From: the human T2T-CHM13v2.0 reference genome, Homo sapiens
Direction: 5' to 3' (one strand)
Assembly: GCF_009914755.1 (NCBI RefSeq)
Contig: NC_060933.1
Length of the DNA: 64,000 nt
In this document: in pieces, positions 41,901-56,900 of the stretch
Layout: each line of letters begins with the position of its first letter
How positions within the stretch are numbered: the first letter of the stretch is position 1
The notes under the pieces: model-generated
Database searches by the model: none
The model's input: only the letters and a program-made list of their open reading frames with translations
Told to the model about the DNA's origin: nothing
Program-made: the position numbers and the translations under genes

Positions 41901-44900
41901 GCTAGGAAGATTTCCTTGGAAACGGGAATATCTTCATATAAAATCTAGACGGAAGCATTCTCAGAAAGTGCTTTGTGATGTTTGCATTCAAGTCACAGAG
42001 TTGAATATTCCCTTTTATAGAGCAGGTTTGAAACACTCTTTCTGCACTACCTGGAAGTGGACATTTGGAGCGCTTTGAGGCCTATGTTGAAAAAGGAAAT
42101 ATCTTCCCATAAAAACTAGACAGAAGCATTCTCAGAAACTTGTTTGTGATGTGTGTATTCAACTAACAGAGATGAACCTTTCTTTTTACAGAGCAGTTTG
42201 AAACACTCTTTTTGTGGAATCTGAAAGTGGATATTTGGATAGCTTTGAGGATTTCGTTGGAAACGGGATTACATATAAAACCTAGAGAGAAGCATTCTCA
42301 GGAACTTCTTTGTGATGTTCGCATTCAAGTCACAGGACTGAACGTTCCCTTTCATAGAGCAGGTTTGAAACACTCTTTCTGTAGTATCTGCAAGCTGACG
42401 TTTCATGCGTTTTCAGGCCTATGGTGAGAAAGGAAATATCTTCAAGTAAAAACTAGACAGAAGCATTCTCAGAAACTTATTTGCCATGTGTGTTCTCAAC
42501 TAACAGAGTTGAACCTTTGTTTTGATACGGCATTTTGGAAACACTCTTTTTGTAGAATCTGCAGGTGGATATTCGGATAGCTTTGAAGGTTTCGTTGGAA
42601 ACGGGAATATCTTCATATAAAATCTAGACGGAAGCATTCTCAGAAACTGCTTTGTGATGTTTTCATTCAAGTCACAGAGTAGAATGTTCCCTGTTATATA
42701 CCAGGTTTGAGACACTCTTTCTGCACTACCTGGAAGTGGACGTTTGGAGCGCTTTGAGGCGTATGTTGAAAAAGGAAATATCTTCCCATAAAAACTAGAC
42801 AGAAGCATTCTCAGAAACTTATTTGCGATGTGTGTTCTCAACTAAAAGAGTTGAACCTTTGTTTGGATACAGCACTTTGGAAACACTCTTTTTGTAGAAT
42901 CTGCAAGTGGATATTTGGATAGCTTTGAAGGTTTCGTTGGAAACGGGAATATCTTCATATAAAATCAAGAGAGAAGCATTCTCAGAAACTTCTCTGTGAT
43001 GTTTGCATTCAACTCATAGAGTTGAACACTTCCCTTCATACAGCAGGTTTGAAACACTCTTTTTCTAATATTTGGAAGTGGACATTTGCAGCGCTTTGAG
43101 GCCTATGTTGAAAAAGGAAATATCTTCTCCTAAAAACCAGACAGAAGCATTCTCAGAAACTTCCTTGTGATGTGTGTACTCAAGTAACAGAGTTGAACCT
43201 TCCTTTTGACAGAGCAGTTTTGAAGCACTCTTTTTGTAGAATCTGCAAGTGGATATTTTGATACCTTTGAGGATTTCGTTGGACACGGGATATCTTCATA
43301 TAAAATCTAGACAGAAGCATTCTCAGAAACTTCTTTGTGCTGTATGTCCTCAATTAACAGAGTTGAACCTTTGTGTGGATACAGCATTTTGGAAACATTC
43401 CTTTAGTAGAATCTGCAAGTTGATATTTAGATAGCTAGGAAGATTTCCTTGGAAACGGGAATATCTTCATATAAAATCTAGACGGAAGCATTCTCAGAAA
43501 GTGCTTTGTGATGTTTGCATTCAAGTCACAGAGTTGAATATTCCCTTTTCTAGAGCAGGTTTGAAACACTCTTTCTGCACTACCTGGAAGTGGACATTTG
43601 GAGCGCTTTGAGGCCTATGTTGAAAAACGAAATATCTTCCCATAAAAACTAGACAGAAGCATTCTCAGAAACTTGTTTGTGATGTGTGTATTCAACTAAC
43701 AGAGATGAACCTTTCTTTTTACAGAGCAGTTTTGAAACACTCTTTTTGTGGAATCTGAAAGTGGATATTTGGATAGCTTTGAGGATTTCGTTGGAAACGG
43801 GATTACATATAAAACCTAGAGAGAAGCATTCTCAGGAACTTCTTTGTGATGTTCGCATTCAAGTCACAGGACTGAACGTTCCCTTTCATAGAGCAGGTTT
43901 GAAACACTCTTTCTGTAGTATCTGCAAGCTGACGTTTCATGCGTTTTCAGGCCTATGGTGAGAAAGGAAATATCTTCAAGTAAAAACTAGACAGAAGCAT
44001 TCTCAGAAACTTATTTGCCATGTGTGTTCTCAACTAACAGAGTTGAACCTTTGTTTTGATACGGCATTTTGGAAACACTCTTTTTGTAGAATCTGCAGGT
44101 GGATATTCGGATAGCTTTGAAGGTTTCGTTGGAAACGGGAATATCTTCATATAAAATCTAGACGGAAGCATTCTCAGAAACTGCTTTGTGATGTTTTCAT
44201 TCAAGTCACAGAGTAGAATGTTCCCTGTTATATACCAGGTTTGAGACACTCTTTCTGCACTACCTGGAAGTGGACGTTTGGAGCGCTTTGAGGCGTATGT
44301 TGAAAAAGGAAATATCTTCCCATAAAAACTAGACAGAAGCATTCTCAGAAACTTATTTGCGATGTGTGTTCTCAACTAAAAGAGTTGAACCTTTGTTTGG
44401 ATACAGCACTTTGGAAACACTCTTTTTGTAGAATCTGCAAGTGGATATTTGGATAGCTTTGAAGGTTTCGTTGGAAACGGGAATATCTTCATATAAAATC
44501 AAGAGAGAAGCATTCTCAGAAACTTCTCTGTGATGTTTGCATTCAACTCATAGAGTTGAACACTTCCCTTCATACAGCAGGTTTGAAACACTCTTTTTCT
44601 AATATTTGGAAGTGGACATTTGCAGTGCTTTGAGGCCTATGTTGAAAAAGGAAATATCTTCTCCTAAAAACCAGACAGAAGCATTCTCAGAAACTTCCTT
44701 GTGATGTGTGTACTCAAGTAACAGAGTTGAACCTTCCTTTTGACAGAGCAGTTTTGAAGCACTCTTTTTGTAGAATCTGCAAGTGGATATTTTGATACCT
44801 TTGAGGATTTCGTTGGACACGGGATATCTTCATATAAAATCTAGACAGAAGCATTCTCAGAAACTTCTTTGTGCTGTATGTCCTCAATTAACAGAGTTGA

Positions 44901-47900
44901 ACCTTTGTGTGGATACAGCATTTTGGAAACATTCCTTTAGTAGAATCTGCAAGTTGATATTTAGATAGCTAGGAAGATTTCCTTGGAAACGGGAATATCT
45001 TCATATAAAATCTAGACGGAAGCATTCTCAGAAAGTGCTTTGTGATGTTTGCATTCAAGTCACAGAGTTGAATATTCCCTTTTATAGAGCAGGTTTGAAA
45101 CACTCTTTCTGCACTACCTGGAAGTGGACATTTGGAGCGCTTTGAGGCCTATGTTGAAAAAGGAAATATCTTCCCATAAAAACTAGACAGAAGCATTCTC
45201 AGAAACTTGTTTGTGATGTGTGTATTCAACTAACAGAGATGAACCTTTCTTTTTACAGAGCAGTTTTGAAACACTCTTTTTGTGGAATCTGAAAGTGGAT
45301 ATTTGGATAGCTTTGAGGATTTCGTTGGAAACGGGATTACATATAAAACCTAGAGAGAAGCATTCTCAGGAACTTCTTTGTGATGTTTGCATTCAAGTCA
45401 CAGAACTGAACATTCCCTTTCATAGAGCAGGTTTGAAACACTCTTTCTGTAGTATCTGCAAGCTGACGTTTCAAGCGCTTTCAGGCCTATGGTGAGAAAG
45501 GAAATATCTTCAAGTAAAAACTAGACAGAAGCATTCTCAGAAACTTATTTGCCATGTGTGTTCTCAACTAACAGAGTTGAACCTTTGTTTTGATACGGCA
45601 TTTTGGAAACACTCTTTTTGTAGAATCTGCAGGTGGATATTCGGATAGCTTTGAAGGTTTCGTTGGAAACGGGAATATCTTCATATAAAATCTAGACGGA
45701 AGCATTCTCAGAAACTGCTTTGTGATGTTTTCATTCAAGTCACAGAGTAGATGTTCCCTGTTATATACCAGGTTTGAGACACTCTTTCTGCACTACCTGG
45801 AAGTGGACGTTTGGAGCGCTTTGAGGCCTATGTTGAAAAAGGAAATATCTTCCCATAAAAACTAGACAGAAGCATTCTCAGAAACTTGTTTGTGATGTGT
45901 GTATTCAACTAACAGAGATGAACCTTTCTTTTTACAGAGCAGTTTTGAAACACTCTTTTTGTGGAATCTGAAAGTGGTTATTTGGATAGCTTTGAGGATT
46001 TCGTTTGAAAAGGGATTACATATAAAATCTAGAGAAAAGCATTCTCAGGAACTTCTTTGTGATGTTTGCATTCACGTCACAAACTGAACATTCCCTTTCA
46101 TAGAGCATGTTTGAAACACTCTTTCTGTAGTATCTGCAAACGGACATTTCAAACGCTTTCAGGCCTATGGTGAGAAAGGAAATATCTTCAAATAAAAACT
46201 AGACAGAAGCATTCTCAGAAACTTATTTGCGATGTGTGTCCTCAACTAACAGAGTTGAACCTTTCTTTTGATACAACATTTTGGAACCACTCTTTTTGTA
46301 GAATCTGCAAGTGGATATTTGGATAGCTTTGAAGGTTTCGTTGGAAACGGGAATATCTTCATATAAAATCAAGACAGAAGCATTCTCAGAAACTTCTCTG
46401 TGATGTTTGCATTCAACTCATAGAGTTGAACACTTCCCTTCATACAGCAGGTTTGAAACACTCTTTTTGTAATATTTGGAAGTGGACATTTGCAGCGCTT
46501 TGAGGCCTATGATGAAAAAGGAAATATCTTCCCATAAAAACTAGACAGAAGCATTCTCAGAAACTTGTTTGTGATGTGTGTATTCAACTAACAGAGATGA
46601 ACCTTTCTTTTTACAGAGCAGTTTTGAAACACTCTTTTTGTGGAATCTGAAAGTGGATATTTGGATAGCTTTGCGGATTTCGTTGGAAACGGGATTGCAT
46701 ATAAAATCTAGGGAGAAGCATTCTCAGGAACTTCTTTGTGATGTTTGCATTCAAGTCACAGAACTGAACATTCCCTTTCATAGAGCAGGTTTGAAACACT
46801 CTTTCTGTAGTATCTGCAAGCGGACGTTTGAAGCGCTTTCAGGCCTGTGGTGAAAAAGGAAATATCTTCAAATAAAAACTAGACAGAAGCATTCTCAGAA
46901 ACTTACTTGCGATGTGTGTTCTCAACTAAAAGAGTTGAACCTTTGTTTGGATACAGCATTTTGGAAACACTCTTTTTGTAGAATCTGCAAGTGGATATTT
47001 GGATAGCTTTGTAGGTTTCGTTGGAAACGGGAATATCTTCATATAAAATCAAGACAGAAGCATTCTCAGAAACTTCTCTGTGATGTTTGCATTCAACTCA
47101 TAGAGTTGAACACTTCCCTTCATACAGCAGGTTTGAAACACTCTTTTTCTAATATTTGGAAGTGGACATTTGCAGCGCTTTGAGGCCTATGTTGAAAAAG
47201 GAAATATCTTCTCCTAAAAACCAGACAGAAGCATTCTCAGAAACATCCTTGTGATGTGTGTACTCAAGTAACAGAGTTGAACCTTCCTTTTGACAGAGCA
47301 GTTTTGAAGCACTCTTTTTGTAGAATCTGCAAGTGGATATTTTGATACCTTTGAGGATTTCGTTGGACACGGGATATCTTCATATAAAATCTAGACAGAA
47401 GCATTCTCAGAAACTTCTTTGTGCTGTATGTCCTCAATTAACAGAGTTGAACCTTTGTGTGGATACAGCATTTTGGAAACATTCCTTTAGTAGAATCTGC
47501 AAGTTGATATTTAGATAGCTAGGAAGATTTCCTTGGAAACGGGAATATCTTCATATAAAATCTAGACGGAAGCATTCTCAGAAAGTGCTTTGTGATGTTT
47601 CCATTCAAGTCACAGAGTTGAATATTCCCTTTTATAGAGCAGGTTTGAAACACTCTTTCTGCACTACCTGGAAGTGGACATTTGGAGCGCTTTGAGGCCT
47701 ATGTAGAAAAAGGAAATATCTTCCCATAAAAACTAGACAGAAGCATTGTCAGAAACTTGTTTGTGATGTGTGTATTCAACTAACAGAGATGAACCTTTCT
47801 TTTTACAGAACAGTTTTGAAACACTCTTTTTGTGGAATCTGAAAGTGCATATTTGGATAGCTTTGAGGATTTCGTTGGAAACGGGATTACATATAAAACC

Positions 47901-50900
47901 TAGAGAGAAGCATTCTCAGGAACTTCTTTGTGATGTTTGCATTCAAGTCACAGGACTGAACGTTCCCTTTCATAGAGCAGGTTTGAAACACTCTTTCTGT
48001 AGTATCTGCAAGCTGACGTTTCATGCGTTTTCAGGCCTATGGTGAGAAAGGAAATATCTTCAAGTAAAAACTAGACAGAAGCATTCTCAGAAACTTATTT
48101 GCCATGTGTGTTCTCAACTAACAGAGTTGAACCTTTGTTTTGATACGGCATTTTGGAAACACTCTTTTTGTAGAATCTGCAGGTGGATATTCGGATAGCT
48201 TTGAAGGTTTCGTTGGAAACGGGAATATCTTCATATAAAATCTAGACGGAAGCATTCTCAGAAACTGCTTTGTGATGTTTTCATTCAAGTCACAGAGTAG
48301 AATGTTCCCTGTTATATACCAGGTTTGAGACACTCTTTCTGCACTACCTGGAAGTGGACGTTTGGAGCGCTTTGAGGCGTATGTTGAAAAAGGAAATATC
48401 TTCCCATAAAAACTAGACAGAAGCATTCTCAGAAACTTATTTGCGATGTGTGTTCTCAACTAAAAGAGTTGAACCTTTGTTTGGATACAGCACTTTGGAA
48501 ACACTCTTTTTGTAGAATCTGCAAGTGGATATTTGGATAGCTTTGAAGGTTTCGTTGGAAACGGGAATATCTTCATATAAAATCAAGAGAGAAGCATTCT
48601 CAGAAACTTCTCTGTGATGTTTGCATTCAACTCATAGAGTTGAACACTTCCCTTCATACAGCTGGTTTGAAACACTCTTTTTCTAATATTTGGAAGTGGA
48701 CATTTGCAGCGCTTTGAGGCCTATGTTGAAAAAGGAAATATCTTCTCCTAAAAACCAGACAGAAGCATTCTCAGAAACTTCCTTGTGATGTGTGTACTCA
48801 AGTAACAGAGTTGAACCTTCCTTTTGACAGAGCAGTTTTGAAGCACTCTTTTTGTAGAATCTGCAAGTGGATATTTTGATACCTTTGAGGATTTCGTTGG
48901 ACACGGGATATCTTCATATAAAATCTAGACAGAAGCATTCTCAGAAACTTCTTTGTGCTGTATGTCCTCAATTAACAGAGTTGAACCTTTGTGTGGATAC
49001 AGCATTTTGGAAACATTCCTTTAGGAGAATCTGCAAGTTGATATTTAGATAGCTAGGAAGATTTCCTTGGAAACGGGAATATCTTCATATAAAATCTAGA
49101 CGGAAGCATTCTCAGAAAGTGCTTTGTGATGTTTGCATTCAAGTCACAGAGTTGAATATTCCCTTTTATAGAGCAGGTTTGAAACACTCTTTCTGCACTA
49201 CCTGGAAGTGGACATTTGGAGCGCTTTGAGGCCTATGTTGAAAAAGGAAATATCTTCCCATAAAAACTAGACAGAAGCATTCTCAGAAACTTGTTTGTGA
49301 TGTGTGTATTCAACTAACAGAGATGAACCTTTCTTTTTACAGAGCAGTTTTGAAACACTCTTTTTGTGGAATCTGAAAGTGGATATTTGGATAGCTTTGA
49401 GGATTTCGTTGGAAACGGGATTACATATAAAACCTAGAGAGAAGCATTCTCAGGAACTTCTTTGTGATGTTTGCATTCAAGTCACAGGACTGAACGTTCC
49501 CTTTCATAGAGCAGGTTTGAAACACTCTTTCTGTAGTATCTGCAAGCTGACGTTTCATGCGTTTTCAGGCCTATGGTGAGAAAGGAAATATCTTCAAGTA
49601 AAAACTAGACAGAAGCATTCTCAGAAACTTATTTGCGATGTGTGTTCTCAACTAACAGAGTTGAACCTTTGTTTTGATACGGCATTTTGGAAACACTCTT
49701 TTTGTAGAATCTGCAGGTGGATATTCGGATAGCTTTGAAGGTTTCGTTGGAAACGGGAATATCTTCATATAAAATCTAGACGGAAGCATTCTCAGAAACT
49801 GCTTTGTGATGTTTTCATTCAAGTCACAGAGTAGAATGTTCCCTGTTATATACCAGGTTTGAGACACTCTTTCTGCACTACCTGGAAGTGGACGTTTGGA
49901 GCGCTTTGAGGCGTATGTTGAAAAAGGAAATATCTTCCCATAAAAACTAGACAGAAGCATTCTCAGAAACTTATTTGCGATGTGTGTTCTCAACTAAAAG
50001 AGTTGAACCTTTGTTTGGATACAGCACTTTGGAAACACTCTTTTTGTAGAATCTGCAAGTGGATATTTGGATAGCTTTGAAGGTTTCGTTGGAAACGGGA
50101 ATATCTTCATATAAAATCAAGAGAGAAGCATTCTCAGAAACTTCTCTGTGATGTTTGCATTCAACTCATAGAGTTGAACACTTCCCTTCATACAGCAGGT
50201 TTGAAACACTCTTTTTCTAATATTTGGAAGTGGACATTTGCAGCGCTTTGAGGCCTATGTTGAAAAAGGAAATATCTTCTCCTAAAAACCAGACAGAAGC
50301 ATTCTCAGAAACTTCCTTGTGATGTGTGTACTCAAGTAACAGAGTTGAACCTTCCTTTTGACAGAGCAGTTTTGAAGCACTCTTTTTGTAGAATCTGCAA
50401 GTGGATATTTTGATACCTTTGAGGATTTCGTTGGACACGGGATATCTTCATATAAAATCTAGACAGAAGCATTCTCAGAAACTTCTTTGTGCTGTATGTC
50501 CTCAATTAACAGAGTTGAACCTTTGTGTGGATACAGCATTTTGGAAACATTCCTTTAGTAGAATCTGCAAGTTGATATTTAGATAGCTAGGAAGATTTCC
50601 TTGGAAACGGGAATATCTTCATATAAAATCTAGACGGAAGCATTCTCAGAAAGTGCTTTGTGATGTTTGCATTCAAGTCACAGAGTTGAATATTCCCTTT
50701 TATAGAGCAGGTTTGAAACACTCTTTCTGCACTACCTGGAAGTGGACATTTGGAGCGCTTTGAGGCCTATGTTGAAAAAGGAAATATCTTCCCATAAAAA
50801 CTAGACAGAAGCATTCTCAGAAACTTGTTTGTGATGTGTGTATTCAACTAACAGAGATGAACCTTTCTTTTTACAGAGCAGTTTTGAAACACTCTTTTTG

Positions 50901-53900
50901 TGGAATCTGAAAGTGGTTATTTGGATAGCTTTGAGGATTTCGGTGGAAACGGGATTACATATAAAATCTAGAGAGAAGCATTCTCAGGAACTTCTTTGTG
51001 ATGTTTGCATTCACGTCACAAAACTGAACATTCCCTTTCATAGAGCATGTTTGAAACACTCTTTCTGTAGTATCTGCAAACGGACATTTCAAACGCTTTC
51101 AGGCCTATGGTGAGAAAGGAAATATCTTCAAATAAGAACTAGACAGAAGCATTCTCAGAAACTTATTTGCGATGTGTGTCCTCAACTAACAGAGTTGAAC
51201 CTTTCTTTTGATAAAACATTTTGGAACCACTCTTTTTGTAGAATCTGCAAGTGGATATTTGGATAGCTTTGAAGGTTTCGTTGGAAACGGGAATATCTTC
51301 ATATAAAATCAAGACAGAAGCATTCTCAGAAACTTCTCTGTGATGTTTGCATTCAACTCATAGAGTTGAACACTTCCCTTCATACAGCAGGTTTGAAACA
51401 CTCTTTTTGTAATATTTGGAAGTGGACATTTGCAGCGCTTTGAGGCCTATGATGAAAAAGGAAATATCTTCCCATAAAAACTAGACAGAAGCATTCTCAG
51501 AAACTTGTTTGTGATGTGTGTATTCAACTAACAGAGATGAACCTTTCTTTTTACAGAGCAGTTTTGAAACACTCTTTTTGTGGAATCTGAAAGTGGATAT
51601 TTGGATAGCTTTGCGGATTTCGTTGGAAACGGGATTGCATATAAAATCTAGGGAGAAGCATTCTCAGGAACTTCTTTGTGATGTTTGCATTCAAGTCACA
51701 GAACTGAACATTCCCTTTCATAGAGCAGGTTTGAAACACTCTTTCTGTAGTATCTGCAAGCGGACGTTTGAAGCGCTTTCAGGCCTGTGGTGAAAAAGGA
51801 AATATCTTCAAATAAAAACTAGACAGAAGCATTCTCAGAAACTTACTTGCGATGTGTGTTCTCAACTAAAAGAGTTGAACCTTTGTTTGGATACAGCATT
51901 TTGGAAACACTCTTTTTGTAGAATCTGCAAGTGGATATTTGGATAGCTTTGTAGGTTTCGTTGGAAACGGGAATATCTTCATATAAAATCAAGACAGCAG
52001 CATTCTCAGAAACTTCTCTGTGATGTTTGCATTCAACTCATAGAGTTGAACACTTCCCTTCATACAGCAGGTTTGAAACACTCTTTTTCTAATATTTGGA
52101 AGTGGACATTTGCAGCGCTTTGAGGCCTATGTTGAAAAAGGAAATATCTTCTCCTAAAAACCAGACAGAAGCATTCTCAGAAACTTCCTTGTGATGTGTG
52201 TACTCAAGTAACAGAGTTGAACCTTCCTTTTGACAGAGCAGTTTTGAAGCACTCTTTTTGTAGAATCTGCAAGTGGATATTTTGATACCTTTGAGGATTT
52301 CGTTGGACACGGGATATCTTCATATAAAATCTAGACAGAAGCATTCTCAGAAACTTCTTTGTGCTGTATGTCCTCAATTAACAGAGTTGAACCTTTGTGT
52401 GGATACAGCATTTTGGAAACATTCCTTTAGTAGAATCTGCAAGTTGATATTTAGATAGCTAGGAAGATTTCCTTGGAAACGGGAATATCTTCATATAAAA
52501 TCTAGACGGAAGCATTCTCAGAAAGTGCTTTGTGATGTTTGCATTCAAGTCACAGAGTTGAATATTCCCTTTTATAGAGCAGGTTTGAAACACTCTTTCT
52601 GCACTACCTGGAAGTGGACATTTGGAGCGCTTTGAGGCCTATGTTGAAAAAGGAAATATCTTCCCATAAAAACTAGACAGAAGCATTCTCAGAAACTTGT
52701 TTGTGATGTGTGTATTCAACTAACAGAGATGAACCTTTCTTTTTACAGAGCAGTTTGAAACACTCTTTTTGTGGAATCTGAAAGTGGATATTTGGATAGC
52801 TTTGAGGATTTCGTTGGAAACGGGATTACATATAAAACCTAGAGAGAAGCATTCTCAGGAACTTCTTTGTGATGTTCGCATTCAAGTCACAGGACTGAAC
52901 GTTCCCTTTCATAGAGCAGGTTTGAAACACTCTTTCTGTAGTATCTGCAAGCTGACGTTTCATGCGTTTTCAGGCCTATGGTGAGAAAGGAAATATCTTC
53001 AAGTAAAAACTAGACAGAAGCATTCTCAGAAACTTATTTGCCATGTGTGTTCTCAACTAACAGAGTTGAACCTTTGTTTTGATACGGCATTTTGGAAACA
53101 CTCTTTTTGTAGAATCTGCAGGTGGATATTCGGATAGCTTTGAAGGTTTCGTTGGAAACGGGAATATCTTCATATAAAATCTAGACGGAAGCATTCTCAG
53201 AAACTGCTTTGTGATGTTTTCATTCAAGTCACAGAGTAGAATGTTCCCTGTTATATACCAGGTTTGAGACACTCTTTCTGCACTACCTGGAAGTGGACGT
53301 TTGGAGCGCTTTGAGGCGTATGTTGAAAAAGGAAATATCTTCCCATAAAAACTAGACAGAAGCATTCTCAGAAACTTATTTGCGATGTGTGTTCTCAACT
53401 AAAAGAGTTGAACCTTTGTTTGGATACAGCACTTTGGAAACACTCTTTTTGTAGAATCTGCAAGTGGATATTTGGATAGCTTTGAAGGTTTCGTTGGAAA
53501 CGGGAATATCTTCATATAAAATCAAGAGAGAAGCATTCTCAGAAACTTCTCTGTGATGTTTGCATTCAACTCATAGAGTTGAACACTTCCCTTCATACAG
53601 CAGGTTTGAAACACTCTTTTTCTAATATTTGGAAGTGGACATTTGCAGCGCTTTGAGGCCTATGTTGAAAAAGGAAATATCTTCTCCTAAAAACCAGACA
53701 GAAGCATTCTCAGAAACTTCCTTGTGATGTGTGTACTCAAGTAACAGAGTTGAACCTTCCTTTTGACAGAGCAGTTTTGAAGCACTCTTTTTGTAGAATC
53801 TGCAAGTGGATATTTTGATACCTTTGAGGATTTCGTTGGACACGGGATATCTTCATATAAAATCTAGACAGAAGCATTCTCAGAAACTTCTTTGTGCTGT

Positions 53901-56900
53901 ATGTCCTCAATTAACAGAGTTGAACCTTTGTGTGGATACAGCATTTTGGAAACATTCCTTTAGTAGAATCTGCAAGTTGATATTTAGATAGCTAGGAAGA
54001 TTTCCTTGGAAACGGGAATATCTTCATATAAAATCTAGACGGAAGCATTCTCAGAAAGTGCTTTGTGATGTTTGCATTCAAGTCACAGAGTTGAATATTC
54101 CCTTTTCTAGAGCAGGTTTGAAACACTCTTTCTGCACTACCTGGAAGTGGACATTTGGAGCGCTTTGAGGCCTATGTTGAAAAACGAAATATCTTCCCAT
54201 AAAAACTAGACAGAAGCATTCTCAGAAACTTGTTTGTGATGTGTGTATTCAACTAACAGAGATGAACCTTTCTTTTTACAGAGCAGTTTTGAAACACTCT
54301 TTTTGTGGAATCTGAAAGTGGATATTTGGATAGCTTTGAGGATTTCGTTGGAAACGGGATTACATATAAAACCTAGAGAGAAGCATTCTCAGGAACTTCT
54401 TTGTGATGTTCGCATTCAAGTCACAGGACTGAACGTTCCCTTTCATAGAGCAGGTTTGAAACACTCTTTCTGTAGTATCTGCAAGCTGACGTTTCATGCG
54501 TTTTCAGGCCTATGGTGAGAAAGGAAATATCTTCAAGTAAAAACTAGACAGAAGCATTCTCAGAAACTTATTTGCCATGTGTGTTCTCAACTAACAGAGT
54601 TGAACCTTTGTTTTGATACGGCATTTTGGAAACACTCTTTTTGTAGAATCTGCAGGTGGATATTCGGATAGCTTTGAAGGTTTCGTTGGAAACGGGAATA
54701 TCTTCATATAAAATCTAGACGGAAGCATTCTCAGAAACTGCTTTGTGATGTTTTCATTCAAGTCACAGAGTAGAATGTTCCCTGTTATATACCAGGTTTG
54801 AGACACTCTTTCTGCACTACCTGGAAGTGGACGTTTGGAGCGCTTTGAGGCGTATGTTGAAAAAGGAAATATCTTCCCATAAAAACTAGACAGAAGCATT
54901 CTCAGAAACTTATTTGCGATGTGTGTTCTCAACTAAAAGAGTTGAACCTTTGTTTGGATACAGCACTTTGGAAACACTCTTTTTGTAGAATCTGCAAGTG
55001 GATATTTGGATAGCTTTGAAGGTTTCGTTGGAAACGGGAATATCTTCATATAAAATCAAGAGAGAAGCATTCTCAGAAACTTCTCTGTGATGTTTGCATT
55101 CAACTCATAGAGTTGAACACTTCCCTTCATACAGCAGGTTTGAAACACTCTTTTTCTAATATTTGGAAGTGGACATTTGCAGTGCTTTGAGGCCTATGTT
55201 GAAAAAGGAAATATCTTCTCCTAAAAACCAGACAGAAGCATTCTCAGAAACTTCCTTGTGATGTGTGTACTCAAGTAACAGAGTTGAACCTTCCTTTTGA
55301 CAGAGCAGTTTTGAAGCACTCTTTTTGTAGAATCTGCAAGTGGATATTTTGATACCTTTGAGGATTTCGTTGGACACGGGATATCTTCATATAAAATCTA
55401 GACAGAAGCATTCTCAGAAACTTCTTTGTGCTGTATGTCCTCAATTAACAGAGTTGAACCTTTGTGTGGATACAGCATTTTGGAAACATTCCTTTAGTAG
55501 AATCTGCAAGTTGATATTTAGATAGCTAGGAAGATTTCCTTGGAAACGGGAATATCTTCATATAAAATCTAGACGGAAGCATTCTCAGAAAGTGCTTTGT
55601 GATGTTTGCATTCAAGTCACAGAGTTGAATATTCCCTTTTATAGAGCAGGTTTGAAACACTCTTTCTGCACTACCTGGAAGTGGACATTTGGAGCGCTTT
55701 GAGGCCTATGTTGAAAAAGGAAATATCTTCCCATAAAAACTAGACAGAAGCATTCTCAGAAACTTGTTTGTGATGTGTGTATTCAACTAACAGAGATGAA
55801 CCTTTCTTTTTACAGAGCAGTTTTGAAACACTCTTTTTGTGGAATCTGAAAGTGGATATTTGGATAGCTTTGAGGATTTCGTTGGAAACGGGATTACATA
55901 TAAAACCTAGAGAGAAGCATTCTCAGGAACTTCTTTGTGATGTTTGCATTCAAGTCACAGAACTGAACATTCCCTTTCATAGAGCAGGTTTGAAACACTC
56001 TTTCTGTAGTATCTGCAAGCTGACGTTTCAAGCGCTTTCAGGCCTATGGTGAGAAAGGAAATATCTTCAAGTAAAAACTAGACAGAAGCATTCTCAGAAA
56101 CTTATTTGCCATGTGTGTTCTCAACTAACAGAGTTGAACCTTTGTTTTGATACGGCATTTTGGAAACACTCTTTTTGTAGAATCTGCAGGTGGATATTCG
56201 GATAGCTTTGAAGGTTTCGTTGGAAACGGGAATATCTTCATATAAAATCTAGACGGAAGCATTCTCAGAAACTGCTTTGTGATGTTTTCATTCAAGTCAC
56301 AGAGTAGATGTTCCCTGTTATATACCAGGTTTGAGACACTCTTTCTGCACTACCTGGAAGTGGACGTTTGGAGCGCTTTGAGGCCTATGTTGAAAAAGGA
56401 AATATCTTCCCATAAAAACTAGACAGAAGCATTCTCAGAAACTTGTTTGTGATGTGTGTATTCAACTAACAGAGATGAACCTTTCTTTTTACAGAGCAGT
56501 TTTGAAACACTCTTTTTGTGGAATCTGAAAGTGGTTATTTGGATAGCTTTGAGGATTTCGTTTGAAAAGGGATTACATATAAAATCTAGAGAAAAGCATT
56601 CTCAGGAACTTCTTTGTGATGTTTGCATTCACGTCACAAACTGAACATTCCCTTTCATAGAGCATGTTTGAAACACTCTTTCTGTAGTATCTGCAAACGG
56701 ACATTTCAAACGCTTTCAGGCCTATGGTGAGAAAGGAAATATCTTCAAATAAAAACTAGACAGAAGCATTCTCAGAAACTTATTTGCGATGTGTGTCCTC
56801 AACTAACAGAGTTGAACCTTTCTTTTGATACAACATTTTGGAACCACTCTTTTTGTAGAATCTGCAAGTGGATATTTGGATAGCTTTGAAGGTTTCGTTG